64,000 nucleotides of DNA from Octopus sinensis. Lineage: Eukaryota. Made by a program: the position numbers and the translations under genes. Below the pieces are notes generated by a model that had not been told where the DNA came from, made no database searches, and worked only from the letters and a program-made list of their open reading frames with translations. Shown piece after piece: positions 61,701 to 64,000 of the stretch. Positions within the stretch are counted from its first letter, which is position 1; each line of letters starts with the position of its first letter. The DNA lies in NCBI RefSeq assembly GCF_006345805.1, contig NC_043003.1, positions 87,420,001-87,484,000 on the forward strand. Reading direction: 5' to 3'.

Positions 61701-63295
61701 TTGAGCAAAATACTCCAGAAGTATCAGACGAAGATATGAAATCGCACATTCATGCAGTAATAAAAAATTACCCCATAGCCGACACTAAATTAAAAGAGTA
61801 TAAAGAAGCCACTGCAGACGACCCGTCTCTACAGACACTCGTCACATATACAAGAACAGAATGGCCCCCAAAAGACAAAATACCAATAAACATCAAACCA
61901 TTCGTATCTGTTCGTGATGAAATATCAATCGTCAATGGTCTCGTTCTAAAAGGTTCAAGAATAATTGTACCTAAGTCATTACGTAGAGAAGCTCTACAGG
62001 AAATACATACCGGACACATGGGTATCGAAAAATGCATAGAGAGAGCGAAGGAATGTATATACTGGCCCGGCATTAACGCTCAAATCAAAGACATGATTAA
62101 CACATGCTCATACTGCATTGACTACAAAAATCAACAAGCAGCCGAACCACTAATAAATCATGAAATACCTACTACACCATGGACCAAAGTGGGTACAGAC
62201 GTATTTCACCTGTCTGGAAATTCGTATGTCACAATTATTGACTATACAACAAGATTTTTTGATCTACACGAAATAAATGATTGCCAGTCAAAAACCGTAA
62301 TCAAAAAATTAAAAGAAACTTTTGCTAAATTCGGAATTCCGCAAACAGTTGTAAGTGACAACGGTCCAGAATTCAATTCGGCTGAATTCAAAAAATTTGC
62401 AAAAAATTGGCATTTTCATCACACGAAGACAAGCCCGCATTATCATCAAGCGAATGGCATGGTTGAGAGAAATATACAGACAATAAAAAAGACGCTAAAA
62501 AAGGCATTCAAAAGTGACGAAGAACCTCAGTTAGCGCTCTTAGCATTACGCACGACTAAATTACAAAATGGTGCACCATCCCCTGCAAATCAAATAATGA
62601 ATAGAACATTGCGAACAAATCTCCCAAACATACTACACGACAAAATTGGTATCAGGCCTCACGAAAAGAAGAAATCAAACATTACAACAGAACTCCCAGA
62701 GTTAAAACCACACGACACGGTTAGAATTAAGTTTAACAACAATTGGTTTAGAAGGGGCAAAATAATTAAAAAACTAGAGCAACCTCGTTCATACTTAGTA
62801 ATAACAGAGGAAGGAAATACAGTCAAACGAAATAGACAACATATTCTTAAAACAAACGAACACGTTCGCATAACAGAAGAATTAGATTATGAAAATATAT
62901 TTCCAAAGTCAACAAACACGCATGAAAAAACAAAAACAGCACAACTACAGAATTCAACACTACAAAATAATAAAACCACAAAAAGTGGACGACGAATAAT
63001 TATTCCCTGTAGATACAGATGATATAAAAAAAATTTTTAAAAAAAAAAAAAGGAAGATGTTATATAATCATCACAACAAACATGAACAATCAACGTCGCC
63101 CATTGTCTCCCTTGATAAAAGGACTTTCACTTTGTTTCCCGCCAAAACAATTAACTTGTACAACAACGGCAGTCGAATAAAGTATCTTGTATCGTTAACA
63201 CGTTGTTTCAGTCTCTCTCATTTTCTTAATCTTTCATACTAAGTACTCACTACTTCCTTTAATACTCAATACATTATATATATATAACAACAACA
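58765..63295 (+). mobile_element. Full-length Ty3/Gypsy LTR retrotransposon (Mag-like), 4531 bp
   Basis: TG...CA LTRs at 58765-58999 and 63058-63295; PBS TGGTGTCAGAA at 59000 (tRNA-Leu type); polypurine tract A(n)GGAAGA before the 3' LTR; 5-bp TSD ATAGG/ATAGA. Confidence 0.97.
59078..63022 (+). CDS. Gag-Pol polyprotein, single uninterrupted ORF (1314 aa from the ATG)
   Basis: Zinc knuckles (CHYCGYNH..C, CEKCKKQGHYAKMC), protease DTGA, RT KLDASNGYWQ and SQDD, RNase H TDAS...NDHKPL, integrase HTGH...CSYC with GTDV/SDNG/VERN. The PR-RT-RH-IN order is that of Gypsy. Confidence 0.96.
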   Translation: MENLPHPKDLDFNQENLAAAWKKWKKEFNLFLIATESDMKPDKVKTSMFLTCIGSKGRDIHSTLDFDSPDEEMNLQTVIEKFDAYCEPRKNITFLRHKFFTCGQAEHQKFDEYVVELRQKAQQCEFGNLTDSLTKDILICGIRDMRLRERLLREPNLDLQKTIQAGQSAEQTRLQSRMLNATSETRDNEISRVYSQHDRKGAKTQITRHMQSRHQNEQGGSDRKPAKFQAPSQHYVTNCHYCGYNHKRNKCPAFHKTCEKCKKQGHYAKMCKSRKFVHKVEIHTDDESDDDTHALEMITANNSRVHKIEKFKTPKDIWTVELKVNNSNVTFKIDTGADVTVLPFREYRNIIPKPQLQKTSTRLSAYNNTAIKVLGKCTAVIKYKELSKQIKFIVAKTNSHAVIDAKTAKDLNLIQRISKINSSNTDDILEKYEDCFGEIGTLSITHHITVDPQITPVIHPPRSVPFSIKEKLNKELKRMTELDIIKPVSEPTDWVNSLVIVEKANGKLRLCLDPKNLNKAIKRQHFKLPTAEDIFAQMHNPKYFSKLDASNGYWQIPVDEESSHLLTFNTPFGRYRFTRLPFGIHSASEVFQKEISKIIEGIEGARNSQDDIIIWSNTLEEHTNRLQQVFDRIRKHGLKLNKSKCIFYESQIKYLGHILTSKGIKQDPTKVQAIIHMPLPTSKKELQRFLGMTNYLCKFLSNYSEVTAPLRQLLQSDTLWSFDKPQIEAIKKLKEMITRKPVLQFYDPDLPIKITTDASKHGLGAILEQKHNERWLPVSFASRATTQAEQNYCPIESEALSIVFACKKFHQFIYGTHFRIENDHKPLKQIFKKSITKCPPRIQRFLLTLQRYDFDLNHIPGKESIVADTLSRAYLEQNTPEVSDEDMKSHIHAVIKNYPIADTKLKEYKEATADDPSLQTLVTYTRTEWPPKDKIPINIKPFVSVRDEISIVNGLVLKGSRIIVPKSLRREALQEIHTGHMGIEKCIERAKECIYWPGINAQIKDMINTCSYCIDYKNQQAAEPLINHEIPTTPWTKVGTDVFHLSGNSYVTIIDYTTRFFDLHEINDCQSKTVIKKLKETFAKFGIPQTVVSDNGPEFNSAEFKKFAKNWHFHHTKTSPHYHQANGMVERNIQTIKKTLKKAFKSDEEPQLALLALRTTKLQNGAPSPANQIMNRTLRTNLPNILHDKIGIRPHEKKKSNITTELPELKPHDTVRIKFNNNWFRRGKIIKKLEQPRSYLVITEEGNTVKRNRQHILKTNEHVRITEELDYENIFPKSTNTHEKTKTAQLQNSTLQNNKTTKSGRRIIIPCRYR

Positions 63296-64000
63296 ATAGA
63301 GAGGAGGAGCTGCAGTCCTGTGACATAGAAGGCAGCTGAGAATTCCTGGAAGACAGCTAGTTGAGTGCCACAGACTGAATCTGTGGCTGATGCAAAGTTC
63401 CTTCCAGACCTAGGGTAACATGGTGGTGGAACAATACTGTAGACAGGGCCATTAGAGCAAAGAAACAGGCTTGGAAGGCCTGGAAGAGTGAGGGCAGCAG
63501 GAGATTGTATCAGATAGCTAAAAGGGAAGCTAGGAGACAGGTATATATAGCCAAGGGGGTAGCAGAAAAGAAGAAGTTTGCCAATGTTCAATGACATGAG
63601 GACCAACGAACGGAAGTATTTCGGATTGCAAGAGAGTGTGAGAGAAAACCATGATGTCATAGGAGAGAAATGTGTCCGCATAGATGATGGTGCCCTTGCA
63701 TTTAATGATTCTGCAAAAAAAGAGGCTTGAGATGCCATTATGAAAGACTGCTGAATGTAGAGAATGAATGGGAGGAGGAGTGTCTACCAAAGGTTGACCC
63801 AGTTGAGGGACCAGCTTCCCGAATCAACAGTAACCTGGTAGATAGAGCAATTAAGGATATGAAGACAGGGAAGGCACCTGGCCCATCAGGAATCACTACT
63901 GAGATGCTTAAAATATCAGGCAGTGTGGGTTATGGTCTTGTCACCTGCATCGTAAATCAGGTAGTTTATGAAGGAGTCACACCCAATGACTGGTGTAGCA

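Larger units (their letters stand above)
58090..64000 (+). mobile_element. Decayed RTE LINE (endonuclease to start of RT), split by the Gypsy insertion and running off the window
   Basis: GILLAEKWVDKV...DFNGHVG...CNTNFRK...SQIDIIL before 58764; the frame continues after 63296 (EKFDD|REEELQ) to APGPSGITTEMLK; multiple stops. Confidence 0.9.

Noticed and set aside
58764-63242. Duplicated 61-aa ORF (MLYNHHNKHE...) at 58764 and 63057
   Set aside because: It is simply the two LTR copies; there is no evidence of a protein.

Overview
Eukaryotic, AT-rich, repeat-dense genomic DNA. The SINE families and long TA/TG microsatellites point to an octopus (inferred; no search run). Most of the window appears to be intronic and upstream sequence of one minus-strand gene, a p38-pathway MAP kinase kinase (MAP2K3/6, licorne-like). 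One kinase exon is clear (7188-7353), a 46-nt exon splices to it in frame (22566-22611), and a possible first coding exon lies at 49503-49518 in a CpG-retaining domain. The rest is a layered transposon landscape: two decayed mariners of different types, RTE, CR1 and HERO-like LINE remnants, several tRNA-derived SINE families, piggyBac-, hAT- and Merlin-like MITEs, a non-autonomous Helitron, and an apparently intact, very young Gypsy (Mag-like) LTR retrotransposon inserted into an RTE LINE. The most unusual structure is a 1.3-kb palindrome (18942-20232) whose arms each carry a minimal hammerhead-ribozyme motif of the Penelope-like type; both copies are degenerate. Nearly all short ORFs in the supplied track are spurious (microsatellite or SINE read-through). 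No CRISPR array, rRNA gene or bona fide tRNA gene is supported.
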